Notes under the pieces: generated by a model
Told to the model about the DNA's origin: nothing
What the model saw: the letters and a program-made list of their open reading frames with translations, nothing else
Databases searched by the model: none
Shown: positions 39,896 to 54,422 of the stretch, piece by piece
How the letters are laid out: the number at the start of each line of letters is the position of its first letter
Position numbering within the stretch: position 1 is the stretch's first letter
Position numbers and translations under genes: made by a program
DNA from: Lingula anatina
Lineage: Eukaryota > Animalia > Brachiopoda
Direction of reading: 5' to 3'
DNA: 64,000 nucleotides
NCBI GenBank assembly: GCA_051362555.1
Contig: CM120642.1
Location: 28,334,001-28,398,000, forward strand

Positions 39896-40285
39896 CTCCA
39901 CCAGATAGATATTCACAGATGGCACTTTCGAATATGGCACTTTTTGCACATAATTAATCTGCGGCCCTGGTAGAGAGTAGACTTACATGGCCTGTTAGCG
40001 CGCAAATAATGGGCTCATAATTCAATTTTAGCTAGCCCATTCACCTCTTAACCCAGCTTAAATACCCAGTACAGGTGCATTTGCTGAAAGCATGTTCGCT
40101 TTTGATGGAAGTCTTTATTTGTTAGTTTCCGGATGATTATACGTCATAAAGCTTTACTGACGTCATTAATCACTCAGCAACTGGCGACTCATCAGTACCA
40201 GCTGGGGTCTTAAGGTCTCGTGCACAGGGACAAACAACACGGTTAAAACAATTTCGCCTTGTCCAGTGAAGTGATTAACGACGAA

Positions 40286-43200
40286 ATGGCGGATGGAGAC
40301 GTGTCTGTCCATGCTTTAGGGGAAGAATTGTGTCCAACAGACGGCGAAGGAGAGAAGTACATTGAAAAATGTGTACAGGATCTAGAGGGAGCGCCCGGCT
40401 CTGCTCGCGGAGAAGTATCAGAAGAGATGCCGGACTGTGTAGTGTCTCCGACAGAGACTCAAGCTCCAGACGGGGGCTGGGGTTGGATGTGTGTTTTTGG
40501 ATGTTTTATCGTGAGCATTCTTGGAGCTGGCATGGACAGGACGTTTGGAGTAATCTACCTTATTCTGATTGATATGTTTGGTTCTAGTGCCAAATTGACG
40601 GGAGGGATTTTGTCAGTATTTTCTGCGTGTCGTTTGTGCCTAGGTGAGTCTCTTCATGCGTATTTCAAATATAGTTTTATTTTAAATGTACCGGTTTATG
40701 CATGTACCGTAGCTACTGGCAACAAAAACCGCAAAAAGAAAGAAATCAGGCACCTCCTCGCATAAAAGGCCACATATATTAAATGAATATACTGCAACAA
40801 CCAAACAGCATGGAAAAGAAGGAAATCAAGTACACATACCATTTGCATGTAAGTCTTTTTATGCGGAACCTCATTATGTTTTCACTTGCGGCGGCGCCAA
40901 GCAAGCTTAAGGTATACATTTTCATATTTTGCTATCAGTTTGCAAATCGAACCAACTTCACCACATGTTCCACTTGAATCTTACTTACAGCTTGTTGGTT
41001 AAAAGCACAAATTGAGCCAAATATGCTTGTAATTTTTACATCTTTTTAAGTAATGGAAAGAGGAGTGGTGAATTTCACTCGCACAGATATTTTAAACACG
41101 ATAACTGGTTCATTATGAAAGAAATAACAAGTTTGTCATAAATTTGTTATGTATAGGTCCAGTAAGCAGTTCCCTGGCCAATATGTTCACAGCCCGGAAG
41201 GTGGTAATAAGCGGTGGTGTATTAAGCAGTCTGGGACTGATACTTAGTGCCTTCCCACCGAATATCTACTACCTGTTCTTTACCTTTGGACTAGTTGCAG
41301 GTAGGATTTGGGCCCCTCCACAATGTATTTTTGTACCTAGCTATTGCGCACTAACTCTACGGTGAGTCTTGTTGAGCTTGTTGATGACCTACTCAACTCC
41401 AAGAGGCGGCGTGATCGTCTGTTATTCGGATGGCATGTAGCGAGAGTCCCTGTTGTGAACGGTCCCATTGATTGCATGTTGCACCTTTTGAAACTTAAAC
41501 ATCCAACTAAATTCAAAATGCAAAATTAAATAAATAGATAAAGAAGTGAAGAAGTAGAGACTGTTTTCAGGACAGTATGAATTTGTCTTTCTTGTATTTA
41601 AAACATTAGTTTGATTACTTAGTGGTATTATCAAACACTCCTCTTCATGGTGCAAGTATGATGACCATTGTTATCTTATTATTGATGTTCAATATATGTC
41701 ATGCCTTTCCAGGATTTGGGGCTGCTCTTTGCGGTACTCCGAGCATAGTGATTGTAGGGCAGTACTTCCATAAAAAGCGTGCACTTGCCAACAGTATTTC
41801 CACCGTGGGTGCTGGGATAGGTTCTCTGATATTACCGCCGTTCCTCACTTATCTGGTATATCTCTTCGACTACAGTGGCCAGATGCTCATAATGGGGGCT
41901 ATTATGCTGAACCAGGTGGTTAGCGGTGCCCTCTATAGACCTCTTGCTCCCAGGAGAAACCATGACCGACAGGTTCGTTCTACAACGAAAAGCGCTGTTA
42001 AAGAACACAATGAATTTGAGGAGAATATTATTTTTGTGGAAAAATGCATGGATGATTCTCAAATAATTGATATAACGACAGCTGATAACTTGGAAGTAAA
42101 ACAAACTTTTATGGAAAGGAAAACATCATCAGCGGTAAGAGGATCAACTGAATGCCATAAATTACAGCCCGATACCTTTCCAGAGAGTACACAACAGGAA
42201 AAGTGTTCACAAACATTTGGAAATCCTGTCAAGAGAAGCACAGTAGTGAGGAGAAATGCAGTACTCCATGAACTACGCGTATATGGCAATCTTTTAAAAG
42301 ATGCTCGTTTTCTGACCTTTGGGTTGAACTGGACATGTCTGGGAATGGGTCCTCCAACAGGTCTTATGTTCCTTGGTGCAATAGCCGAAGAGCACGGTGT
42401 ACCACGAAGCCAGTCGCCATTTCTCTATTCCATACTGAGTATATTTGACATTGCGGCCAGGATAATGGTAGCTCTTCTGTGTGACCGCGCGTGGCTAAGA
42501 TGGCGGCGGCATCATGTGTACAACATGGGTTTTGTGGTTTTGGGCGTTGTTCTATGTATTGTTCCAGAAGGAAGAACGTTTCTCCAATTTGCTGCGTGTG
42601 CATCGTTCATTGGCATGTTTCAAGGGACTATCATGTCATTGAGCTACACTGTGATAGCTGATGTTTTGGGACCAGAAATGTTGAAACATACCTATGGGTT
42701 AAGTGTCTTATTTTATAGTGTTGGCACTTTATTGGCACCATCAACGGCTGGTAAGTTCACACTGTTACCATTTCTGTCACGTCTGAATAATGATCTCACA
42801 CTACTAGTATAGCAACTAAAGGGATAACAACTGTTCATTTTGGTAAAAAAAATAATGGATTTTCTTGAGGTACCGTAAACGGCAATTTTCCCACACTTAC
42901 CAGCTGTTAATGAATCCGTTCCGACATCCAAAATTAGTCCACGTTTTTTTCTTTCAAGAGATTTATGCAGAAAATAGCCTAGCTTTCATGGAGGTCATGT
43001 GGTCGGAAGGCAAGCACAGATTCAAGAATAACTGCGATAACCGCCGTTTTGGTGGTGAAAGATTAATTATTACAATGTATTTAGTGTGAAATGCGAATAT
43101 CATACGAAGAGTTGTTATCTCTTTACATTTTTTACTTATTTATTAAACCTATTAATAGATTCACAATTTACTTGATGACTAACATACGTAAGTATAACAC

Positions 43201-43587
43201 AAATATATTTTGTATTACGACCCAAATGAGTTGAGTGGGGATATCAACTGAACTCCACAGTCACAAAATGCCTCTACTGGAATATGTATACTGGTGTTAA
43301 TCAAGAGGGTTTCAGATATTGTGTTTCTTTGGACATCACTGTGCCGTTTAATGTTAGATTATATCTTAATTTCTGTATCAAAATAAAGCTTGACTGTTGT
43401 TGAAATTATTTAACTACCATATTTACTTTCTGATTCAGGATTACTAAAGGACGAGTATGGGACATACCGCTACCCATTTTATTTCGCAGGATGGTGGTGC
43501 TTCGCTGGAGCTGGGTTCTTTCTTTTGAACACCTATCTCAACAGGAAAACAAAAGCCAAGAGGGAAAAAGAAACTTTAAGAAATTAA
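40286..43587 (+). CDS. SLC16/MCT-family transporter, paralog 3 (~562 aa)
   Basis: join(40286-40643,41157-41300,41713-42750,43439-43587); first in-frame ATG (MADGD) used as start. Confidence 0.9.
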
Positions 43588-46500
43588 GAAATTATCATTC
43601 TAATGTGCTGCAAACTTCTGGAAATATCAACGGGTTTGTCACTTTGACTCTGCTCTTCTACATAGTAATTGCTTAGCAGGGAAATCAATAATAATATAAT
43701 TTACATCAGAGATTTAATTAGAATTATAGATGAGTTTTGGTTTTGTTCCTGTGTAAGTTGTAATCCTTGACCAACAGCTGGAGGACAGAGAAGAGACCAT
43801 AACAAGCACATAGTGATAAGCTGCCAGAATGCCAGGCAAGCCACAATACAAAAGTAAAATTATGCACGTGGAACTAGTTTATTGAAAGACAAGGTTATAT
43901 TATTATATCTTATTGTACAAATATTGACTCTGGAGTCGGAAGTGAATTATCCAAGCTTCAGGTCGATAAGTCGCCGAGATGACCAAATTAGAGAAAAAGG
44001 AATTAGACAACATTCTTCACCAAGAGTGTATATAGCTATCTAAGCATTTGATCAATTAATTGGAGTAGTGTTTTTTAATGGACAGGTGAGATAATAAGGT
44101 ATTACTTGACTCTTACTCAATGCCTCCCATTGCAGCATATTGTGATCGGCCATCATATGCATGGACCTATACAATGGGAATTTGTCTGCTAACAGACACG
44201 GCTTTAGCATTTCATACTAGAAGTCAATAAGGTGTCTAGATCTTGTGTAAAAGGCCCATAATAATAACAGTTGAAAACCGTTAATAACCCTGAATATTAA
44301 GAAGGGTTGGATGGGACTTCAAGGGTCTGCCCTAAAATTGGGAGGGGACTGAATTTCCCATAATTAGTAACTGTGCATACCGCCAGTACTATCCTGGCGT
44401 GCGTTGGATTTTCAATTTTTTTCAGTTTTGTTAACATATAAGTACCATATAAGTGAACAGTAATTAAAATTTAATTACACAAAAGACAGGAAAGTTTTTT
44501 CGTCGGTTACGTCGCAAATACATGACAATTACATGTAGTTCAATCACAAAAATAATACTAACAATAAAGTGTATACATCTACATGTACACCTGTAATCGT
44601 ATTGATCTCAAACTCGTTGACATAAGTGTTAAGACAACGGCTAATTGTCATTTTAACTTTTTTAACTTTTAATTTAAAATACATCTGGTTTGTCGATCGC
44701 AAAACGTGGTAGTCAGCTTTTCTGCGCATTGTTTATAATAGTAAGTTCACATTAGAGGCACAGTCAATTTGACAGCTTCAACATTTGCTAGTGATGTAGA
44801 CAACTCACCGCTGTGATAAGGAGAAAGTTCCAATCTAAGTGCTCAAATCATGGCATGATGGCAAAGTTTATTGTACATCAGACCAGCTGCAGTTTTTAAG
44901 ACATTTAATTTGCTGAAAGCGTGTGCTCTTACAGGGCCGTTCGCTGCAGGGAAAAGGCAGGGGGCGCTGCAGGTAAAACAGTGTCTTTATACAGTATATT
45001 ATTAGCCTTTTCCTTTCTCTCAGTCAAGCAGAAGTATCTTATTTTTCCTTTGATCGGCGCCTTAATGAGTGCCAAAGGCTAAATATTTAACCTGCTTGTA
45101 TGTACAAATAATTAATAGACCTTTTTTTAGGCGAGCAATCCCCTCATCCCAGCATTTTTCTCAGCTTGTAAAGCCCTTGAAATTAATATTTTGGATATTT
45201 TTTTTTTCTTTGTAAAACTCGGCCATGAGAATTGTAACTCTCCAATTCCAGCGTCAGCCATTCAAAACCAAGATGGCAACGGTCATGGTGCCGTGGAATC
45301 AGCTGGTTACCATGGAGTCAATCAGTTTTGTGTTAGAGGGGGATAATGAGGTTGAGACCACTCAGCCTTGTGCTGTAGAGTATGATACCAATACTATCAA
45401 ACCACTGGAACTGTCCATTATGCACTCATTAAAAAAACACGAAAATATTCACTTTTGTTTATAAAAGACTTAATAGGTCATAATACAATGGAGTTGTGTA
45501 ATGCCCAAGGTGCGTGTACCACTGGTTCTGTCTTAAACTGTCACTAAGTTTACTTTTCGTGAAAATCAACACAACGCAACCGCAGTGTATACTGTTATAG
45601 CAAACAACTGTGAATACGTGAAATCAATACGGTCTGTTAACACAGTACTGACCAAAATGTCACTGAAGGCGCCACTGCTAATAGCATCGAATGTTGTTTC
45701 GACTACAGAACCCAGCTTGTCCCTCTGTACTCAGTACATGGTGTAGCCACAGGCGACCCATTCACTTACCGGTGTGGCGTGACAGAGAGTTCCCCATGAT
45801 AGAGAGTCCTCTTCCTTTCATTTGTGCAGGTAAGAGATGCCATAGATTTTGACTCACTTAGGTCAGGCTAACCCCAACCATTATAACTAAATGGAGGGCG
45901 GACTTTCTGTTACACGGACTCTCAGTTTTGTTACACCTGTACTGTGCGTATGTTGACCTCTACTCTGGTTAGTTGGTAAAGGCTCAATAAACGAAGGGGG
46001 CCGCCTGCAGCTAGGCTCATTCAAATTTTCAAGTTATATATTATCACATATTTGACTGCACACAACCTCTCTGCGTAACGCCCGCCATTTCTGTAGCCGG
46101 GGACATTATATCTCTTACAGTATGACACATTTGCATCAGATATTCAAACACAGATAAACGAATTATAAGTACTGAACACTACTTTTTTTCAGAGGACGTT
46201 ATACTTATATTTTCAGATTATTTTTTCTACAATGCACCGCGGACACCAGTTAACCCCACAACCGAGAAACGACTTCTGAAATGCCAATCGATTAAAATAT
46301 ACACACAAAGACGATCTCAAGCATGCGCAGTATGAAATTTTAAGAAACAGTGAAGAAGTACTCACTGCGTTGTTTATTCTATGGATGGTGCCTTGAACAA
46401 CAGGATAATTGTACTTGTATTTCGCTAACACGTTTGCTTCATTGGAGTAAGCTGCTCGTTTTGTATTCATCACCTACTGCACTACTACACGCACTTAAAT

Positions 46501-46628
46501 ATCCTTATCAGTGTCAACTGTGGCCAGAAGATAACATGTCTGACATGAACAGGGACAACCACTAGTTTACGATCAGTGTTATCACTAAACAACGTTCTTT
46601 CTTTGAAGAAGTACCCCAGTGCAGTGAA

Positions 46629-49600
46629 ATGACGAACGACAAAAAAGCTAATAGTGACGTGCATTCCTGTGTTTTAAGGAATGAAAGGTGTGGAAACAAT
46701 GAGGAGAAAGAAACGTACACGGAAACCGAGACTCGAGCTCCAGACGGGGGCTGGGGTTGGATGTGTGTTTTAGGATGTTTTACTGTGAACATTCTCGGAG
46801 CTGGCATGGACAGGACGTTTGGAGTAATCTACCTTATTCTGATTGATATGTTTGGTTCTAGTGCCAAATTGACAGGAGGGATTCTGTCGGTCTTTTCTGC
46901 GTGTCGTTATTGTCTAGGTGAGTATCTTTATGTGTACCTTGATGTTTCAAACCGTTTTATCTTAAGTGAATATTCACGTACCGTAACTATTGGTATTCAA
47001 AGCACAAAAAGAAAGAAATCGAGCACCAGCTTACACAAGTCTTTCATTATAACATCTTTACATAGTCCGGCTCATCTCAGCAGGCTTGCAGTTCGTGGGC
47101 TTTCATCTTTTCCTATCCTTTTTCAAACCGAGGCTTTGCCGCGTGATCTATTTATTGCTTGGCGTTAGTTTGTTTAAGGCGCAAAATGTGCTAAAAGTTT
47201 ATTTTGTGTCATTTTAAATAACGAAAAAAGGACTAATGTATTTTACTTGCAAAGAAATTTGAAACGATCAGATTCAATAAACTGTTTAAAAAATTGATGT
47301 GTTTATCATGAAAGACAATTACTGTTATCTCATGAATTCAGTAAATTTGTTGTTGATGTAGGTCCAGTAAGCGGTTCTCTTGCCAATCTGTTCACAGCCC
47401 GCAAGGTGGTCATAAGCGGTGGTTTGATAAGCAGTCTGGGTCTGATACTTAGTGCCTACCCACCAAATATCTACTACCTGTTCTTTACCTTTGGAATAGT
47501 TGCAGGTAGGCTTTGATGGCAGGTTCAAGGTTTGAAGACATAAATTATTTTTAACTTAAATATCTAACTTAACATCTATAAAGGTGGGAAATAATAAAGA
47601 TGATGCCTGTTTTTTTCCTTTTATTTGAAGTATAATAAATTCTTTGATTAAAATATATATATATTTATATTTAAAATGATGACCAAACACGCCTCTTTGC
47701 TGTGTGATGATCATTGTTTGATGTCATACTTCCAGGTTTTGGAGCTGCTCTTTGCGCTACCCCAAGTACAGTGATAGTAGGACAGTATTTCCATAAAAAG
47801 CGTGTACTTGCCAACAGCATCACGTCCATGGGTGCCGCGATAGGTTCCTTGGTTCTACCACCGTTCCTCACTTATCTAGTATATCACTACGACTACAGTG
47901 GCGAGATGCTCATTATGGGGGCTATCATGCTGAATCAGGTGGTAAGCGGGGCCCTCTATAGACCGCTGGCTCCCAAGAGATACCACAACCAACAAATACT
48001 TTCCAAAACGAAAAGTAATGTAAAAGAATGCTCTGAACTTAATGACAATCCCAAAACTATTATTTCAGAAGGGGAACACACGGCCAATTCTCATACAATT
48101 GATATTACAACTGCTGATGAATTTGAAATAAAGCAAACTGTTATGGGTCACAGAAAATCAACAGCAGTGACAGGAACAAGTGAATGCCCGAAATCACCGC
48201 CAGGTATAATTCCAGAAGGCACACAAGAGGAAAAGTCTTCACAAACATTTGGAAATCCTGTCAAGAGAAGCACAGTAAGAAGGAGAAATCCAGTACTCCA
48301 TGAGCTACGCGTATATGGCAATCTTCTAAAAGATGCTCGTTTTTTAACCTTTGGGTTGAACTGGACATGTCTAGGATTGGGTATGCCAACAGGTCTTATG
48401 TTCCTTGGTGCAATAGCAGAAGAGCACGGCGTACCACGAACTCAGTCACCACTTCTTTATTCCATACTAAGTATATTTGACATTGCGACCAGGATAATGG
48501 TAGCTCTTCTGTGTGACCGCGCGTGGCTCAGGACACAGCGGCATTACGTGTACAACATTGGTTTTGTGGTTTTAGGCGTGGTACTTTGTGTTGTTCCGGA
48601 AGGAAAAACTTTCCCCCAGTTTGCTGCTTGTGCATCGTTCATGGGCATGTCTCAAGGAACGATCATGCCATTGACCTATGTGGTGATCGCTGATGTTTTG
48701 GGCCCAGATATGTTAAAACACACTTATGGATTAAGTGGTTTATTTTATAGTGTTGGTACTTTATTGGCACCATCAATGGCCGGTAAGTTAACTTTTCCAG
48801 TGCTTCTGACACGGTTATTAGGTTCATATGAGTCATGATAACACCAACATAAATTAAACTTTAATACTATCACTGGAGTTACAATTCATTCCAATTGTCA
48901 ACATAGGTTGCATCTCCCCCTCGGCCCTGGGAGACTTAGAACGGTGTGACAGGAATCGTTATTCTAAGAATGGTAATCATATGGTTATTACAGGTTAGGG
49001 AAAGTCGGAATTAATAATGGGGTTAGTATATGAGACTAATGTGATCTTTACAAAGTACCTGGGAACGGACTACGGTTAATAGCGGACTGCCGTCCCTGTC
49101 ACACCGGTTTACAGCTAGGCCAGTTAGACTAAATTGTACGTCCGGTAATATATATAAAAGCTTCAGTTATATGAAACTTGAGTAGATGACAAACCTACGA
49201 GGAATAAAAAATATATATATATATATATGTTTTTTATTTACACCTAAAAGCGCATAGTACACCTACATGTATATTATTGAAACGCTACTGTCTGAAATGC
49301 CGGTTAATTGTCATGGAAATGAAAAATAAAGAACGCTTATTGTAAAAACTTGTATATGTGTAGTGATGTTAAACAATTAGCGAGTTTAGGAGAGTTGATG
49401 TCTTTGGATGTAACTATGCCGTTTTATATTTGATTATATTTTCAGCCTTCACTGTTTTTGAAGCCATATAATTATCATATTCACTTTCTGATTCAGGATT
49501 ACTTAAGGACGAGTATGGGACGTACCGCTACTCATTTTATTTCGCAGGATGGTGGTGTTTCGCTGGAGCTGGCTTCTTTCTTTTAAACACCTATCTCAAC

Positions 49601-49630
49601 AGGAAAACAAAAGAAACTTTTAAAAGTTAA
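46629..49630 (+). CDS. SLC16/MCT-family transporter, paralog 4 (~537 aa)
   Basis: join(46629-46917,47362-47505,47736-48782,49497-49630); same motifs and phases. Confidence 0.9.
48942..49106. mobile_element. MITE-like element with 12-bp TIR
   Basis: CGGTGTGACAGG ... CCTGTCACACCG in intron 3 of paralog 4, not seen in the other paralogs' introns; no clear TSD. Confidence 0.6.
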
Positions 49631-51275
49631 GGAATTATTATTTTCAAATAACTAAAGGTCTGTTAAAAAGACAAGTTAGTCGCCGTTCAGCTTAGGTAGG
49701 CGTCACAGACAACTAAGCCGCTTAAGTTGATTGCAATTAAGTGAGAATCCCCTCGGAGATAGTTCGATCCAAAGCTAGTACATAGGGTGTGGGATTGGTC
49801 ACAAAGCCTCTCCAGAGTACTACATTTTACTTCAATGTCATTTATGTCCACCCATTTAAAGTTGGCTGAAAATGGAAACCCAATGACGATTTCAAAATGG
49901 TGGAAATATTTCGGTTTTATTAAAGCCATTAGGTCTTTTTGAGCTGTCCCATCAAACTCTGTTACTGCACCTTGCGTGATCTGCTTCGGGCCAGTTCAAG
50001 GTCTGAGTGTTATGCAACCTTTCTAACTGGAAAATATAGTCATATTTAGGGCAACTAAAGTAGAAAGTAAGTTTGTCTGGAATTTTACATAGGCACCATG
50101 GAGAGATTATACGCGGGAGAGCTTAGCGCGGTTCCAGAAGTTATTCTTTAACGCGTTGTACTCATTATTTTAAAGCATTTTCTCAAGACTTATAAACTGA
50201 TGTGTATTGAAAAAAGATGCGACATAATTCCTGTTTTTCCTTGGCAAGAATGGGATTATCTTTGTGAAGAAAATAATTTCCATAGGTGGTGAGTTGCTAC
50301 GATGGATAATTAAATTTTGATTAGGTGCCGTAATCCTCAAAAGTATGTGTTTTATAGTTTTGTAATGTCAGTTTCTGTGTTATGTGTATTAATGTGAATT
50401 AAGTCTGCTGCTTTTGCGCGGTGAGTAACTTAAGTTAATTATATATCTGATATTATATATCTATAGTGTGTTTTTTCTGTGAGTTGGGTTTGTCAGTGGA
50501 TGTGTTGTTTAAATTTGTTATTCTGACTATTGTATGTTATTATATTATATTATTATTAAATGTTACAAGGTAAGGTGTGCCCCAGGCAGGCCATCTCAAG
50601 AATTTTTCCACGATCACCAAGGTATACATGTTCCAAAACCTTTGAGAAAATAAAGATCCGTAAAAACCGTTTTTGAGTTTTATACGAAAGAGGAGCAAGA
50701 CAAGAAGCACTCAATCAGTCGGTCAGCAATGACAAGGGTCGTTGGAAAAGGCTCAGGAAATGTAAGATTATTTTCAAAAGTATAACATGCGAAGTGAGAA
50801 ATCATTACAATAGTTTCTTTCCAAAAAAGATTATTTAACCGTTTGGATCTAGGGTTGAGCATCGAAATGCTTCTACATGTAAGTACTGTTCGTTTTCCAA
50901 TTCTTTTTTATGTGTCGCATTTTAACGGAAATTAGTATACCTGTAAATTATGGGACAAATCTCCTATGACACAAATACTAAAACTTTGCATCAAACCTAT
51001 CCCAATACACTAGCCTACCCAAGCAGGTACATGCCTTGGTCTAACGCATGCTGTCTGTCTTTAAATATATGTCATTTACTTAAATAATGTACAGTTTTGA
51101 TGATAGTCTCTATCTACTACTACTCGTGGTGATTGGACCATGATATCAACAAACACTCAATGACTTGTGACTTATCAGGGCCACCGGGGCCAGGAAGAAA
51201 CCTGTACAAGGGCAACAAGGACAAACAGCACGTTTCAACAATATCGCCTTGTGCAAGGAAGTGGCAAACGACAAG

Positions 51276-54200
51276 ATGGCGGATGGTGGCGTGTCTGTCC
51301 ATGTTTTAGGGGACGGAATGTGTAAAACCGACGACAAGAGAGAGGTGCATATTGATTCACGTGTACAGGATTCACAGCAGACATCGGACTGTCTGAAAGC
51401 CGATGTAGAAGAGATGTTGGGTTGTGAGCGCTTTGAGACAGAAACCGAGACTCTAGCTCCAGATGGGGGCTGGGGCTGGATGTGTGTTTTAGGGTGTTTT
51501 ACCGTGCACATTCTCGTGGCTGGCATGGACAGGACGTTTGGAGTAATCTACCTTATTCTGATTGATATGTTTGGTTCTAGTGCCAAATTGACAGGAGGGA
51601 TTTTGTCGGTATTTTCTGCGTGTCGTTTCTGTCTAGGTATTTCTCTTCACTCGTATTTCAAACCATTTTATGTTAAAGATATCCAATGTAGGATTTTAAT
51701 CTAATTTTAAGTGCATGGATAGCTTCCTGTTGGAATTATCTTAGGGAAATTTAAACTTTTGAAACATCAATTGACAAGTAAATTGCCTCAATCAATATCG
51801 CACAAATAATCATATTCGCCGTGCCTTGCCAAACTCCCTAGTCCGCCATCTTGACACGGTTTGAAAATATAGTGTGGTTCACGACACAAAGTTCTCGAGA
51901 TATCTGGTACTCGAGTCAGTGGAATGAACAGCGTATATGGAAAACTTTTACTTTTGCGTGGGTTTTAATCTTTGCCTTTTTCCAAAATTGTTACCGCATT
52001 AAAGCGAGCGTCAGGAAGGAAAAGTTTGGCAGGTCGGAGGGAAATGCCTTTGGCCCCGGGGTAATTCATTATATATGATTTTTTCGCACGAAAATCTTTT
52101 TGGATACTGTACCTTTCAATGTACATACTGGAGCACCCATACAGCTAAAAAAGATAAATGAATCAAGCAATGCAACATTCTGTCACAACCACGGGCGTTA
52201 AAAAGTTTTTTGTTAATTTCACATAACGAAAAATAACCCCCTCAAAAATTAGTTTATTGATTATTAAAGGCAAATACTAGTATATAATAAATTTGTTGTG
52301 GATAGGTCCAGTAAGCGGTTCTCTTGCCAATCTGTTCACAGCCCGGAAGGTGGTAATAAGCGGTGGTTTGTTATGCAGTCTGGGTCTGATACTTAGTGCT
52401 TTCCCACCAAATATCTACTACCTGTTCTTTACCTTTGGAATAGTTGCAGGTAGGTTTTGATTGCTTGAGGTTTGAAACACATTTGATCTTTTGAAACCTA
52501 AACATTCAACAGTATTGAAAATTATTTTAAAGTGAGGATAAATAAGAATCATGCATGTGTTTATTTTCATTGAAGCAATGACACACCTGTTGTTTGGTGG
52601 ATCCTAATTTAAAATTTTATAAAAATCATTTGTTGGAATTTAAAAAAGAACAGTTAAAGCCCTGACTATTATTATCCAATAGAGTTGTATGTCAGATTTG
52701 CCATTTCCAGGATTTGGAGCTGCTCTTTGCTATACCCCGAGTACAGTGATTGTAGGGCAATATTTCCACAAAAAGCGTGCAGTTGCCAACAGCATTGCCT
52801 CCATGGGTGCCGGGATAGGTTCCATGATTTTACCACCGTTCCTCACTTATCTAGTATACCACTACGACTACAGTGGCGAGATGCTCATCGTGGGGGCTAT
52901 CTTGCTGAACCTGGTTGTAGGCGGCGCCCTCTATAGGCCTCTTGCTCCCAAGGGGAACCATAACCAACAGATACTTTCTACAAAGACAAATGAAAAAATG
53001 AAAAACAAAGTGAAAAAATGCTCTAAGCTTAATGAAAATCACAAGACTGTTATTTTAGAGGGGAACCCCATGGCAAATTCTCAAACAATTGGCATTACAA
53101 CAGCTGATAAATTGGAAGTAAAATCAACTAATATGGGTCACAAGAAATCAACAGCAGTGATAGGAACAAGTTATTCCTCAAAATTACCGCCCGATATATT
53201 CCCAGGAAGCACGCAAGAGGAAAAGTGTTCACAAACATTCACTATACTCTACATGAAAAGCACAATCTGGGAGAGAAATGCAGTACTCCATGAACTACGC
53301 GTATATGGCAATCTTCTAAAAGATGCTCGCTTTTTGACCTTTGGGTTGAACTGGACATGTCTAGCTGCGGGTCTTCCGACAGGTCTTTTGTTCCTTGGTG
53401 CAATAGCAGAAGAGCACGGTGTACCACGAACTCAGTCGCCGTTCCTTTACTCCATACTCAGTTTATTTGACATTGCGGCCAGAACAATGGTAGCTCTTCT
53501 GTGTGACCGCGCGTGGCTAAGATGGCGTCGACGTCATGTGTACAACATGGGTTTTGTGATTTTGGGCGTGGTGCTATGTATTGTTCCTGAAGGAAGAACG
53601 TTTCCCCAGTTTGCTGTATGTGCATCGTTCATGGGCATGTCTCAAGGGACGATCATGTCACTGAGCTATACGGTGATAGCTGATGTTTTGGGGCCAGATA
53701 TGTTGAAACACACCTATGGGTTAGGTTATTTCTTTTATAGTGTTGGTGCTTTACTGGCACCATCAACGGCTGGTAAGTAACCAAAGTCATTGGTTCCGAC
53801 ATGTTGATTTAAATCATGCTACTCATGATAACACAAAACATTCAAGTTTTCATATATATTATAAATACACTTTGGTCCAATGACTACGTTGGCATAAATG
53901 TTGGAGACTAAAGCTGGTTCACTGAGAATACGGGTTTGTCAGGCTAAGTTGTGAGTCCAGTTATAGGCTAAGAAACTTTATTGAAGTAAAACTGAACAAA
54001 GTACAACAAAAATATATTATGTATTTCCATCCATTAACGCTGGGTATAAATAATTATAAGATCTACAGTCAGAAAACCGGCCAATGGACAGCAAAATAAA
54101 ATACGGTTTTTGTGAAAGATTGTACATGTTTAGCGATGTTAAATAATTAGCGAGTTGATTTCTTTAGATGTCATTGTGCCGTTTATTGTTACTCGTAGAT

Positions 54201-54422
54201 TATATCTTAACTTCAAAATAAAACATTGGCCGTTTTTCAAAATATATAATGATCATACGTGTATCCCTTTTTGATTCAGGATTACTGAAGGACGAATATG
54301 GGACGTATCGCTACTCATTTTATTTCGCAGGATGGTGGTGCTTCGCTGGAGCTGGAGTCTTTCTTTTAAACACTTATCTCAACAAGAAAACAAAAGCCAA
54401 ACGGAAAAAAGAAACTTTTTGA
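51276..54422 (+). CDS. SLC16/MCT-family transporter, paralog 5 (~569 aa)
   Basis: join(51276-51636,52306-52449,52711-53772,54280-54422); ATG homologous to that of paralog 3 (MADGG). Confidence 0.9.

Noticed and set aside
45225-45464. 79-aa ORF near a CAAGATGGC motif between paralogs 3 and 4
   Set aside because: No homology recognised and no supporting exon structure; likely chance or a repeat fragment.
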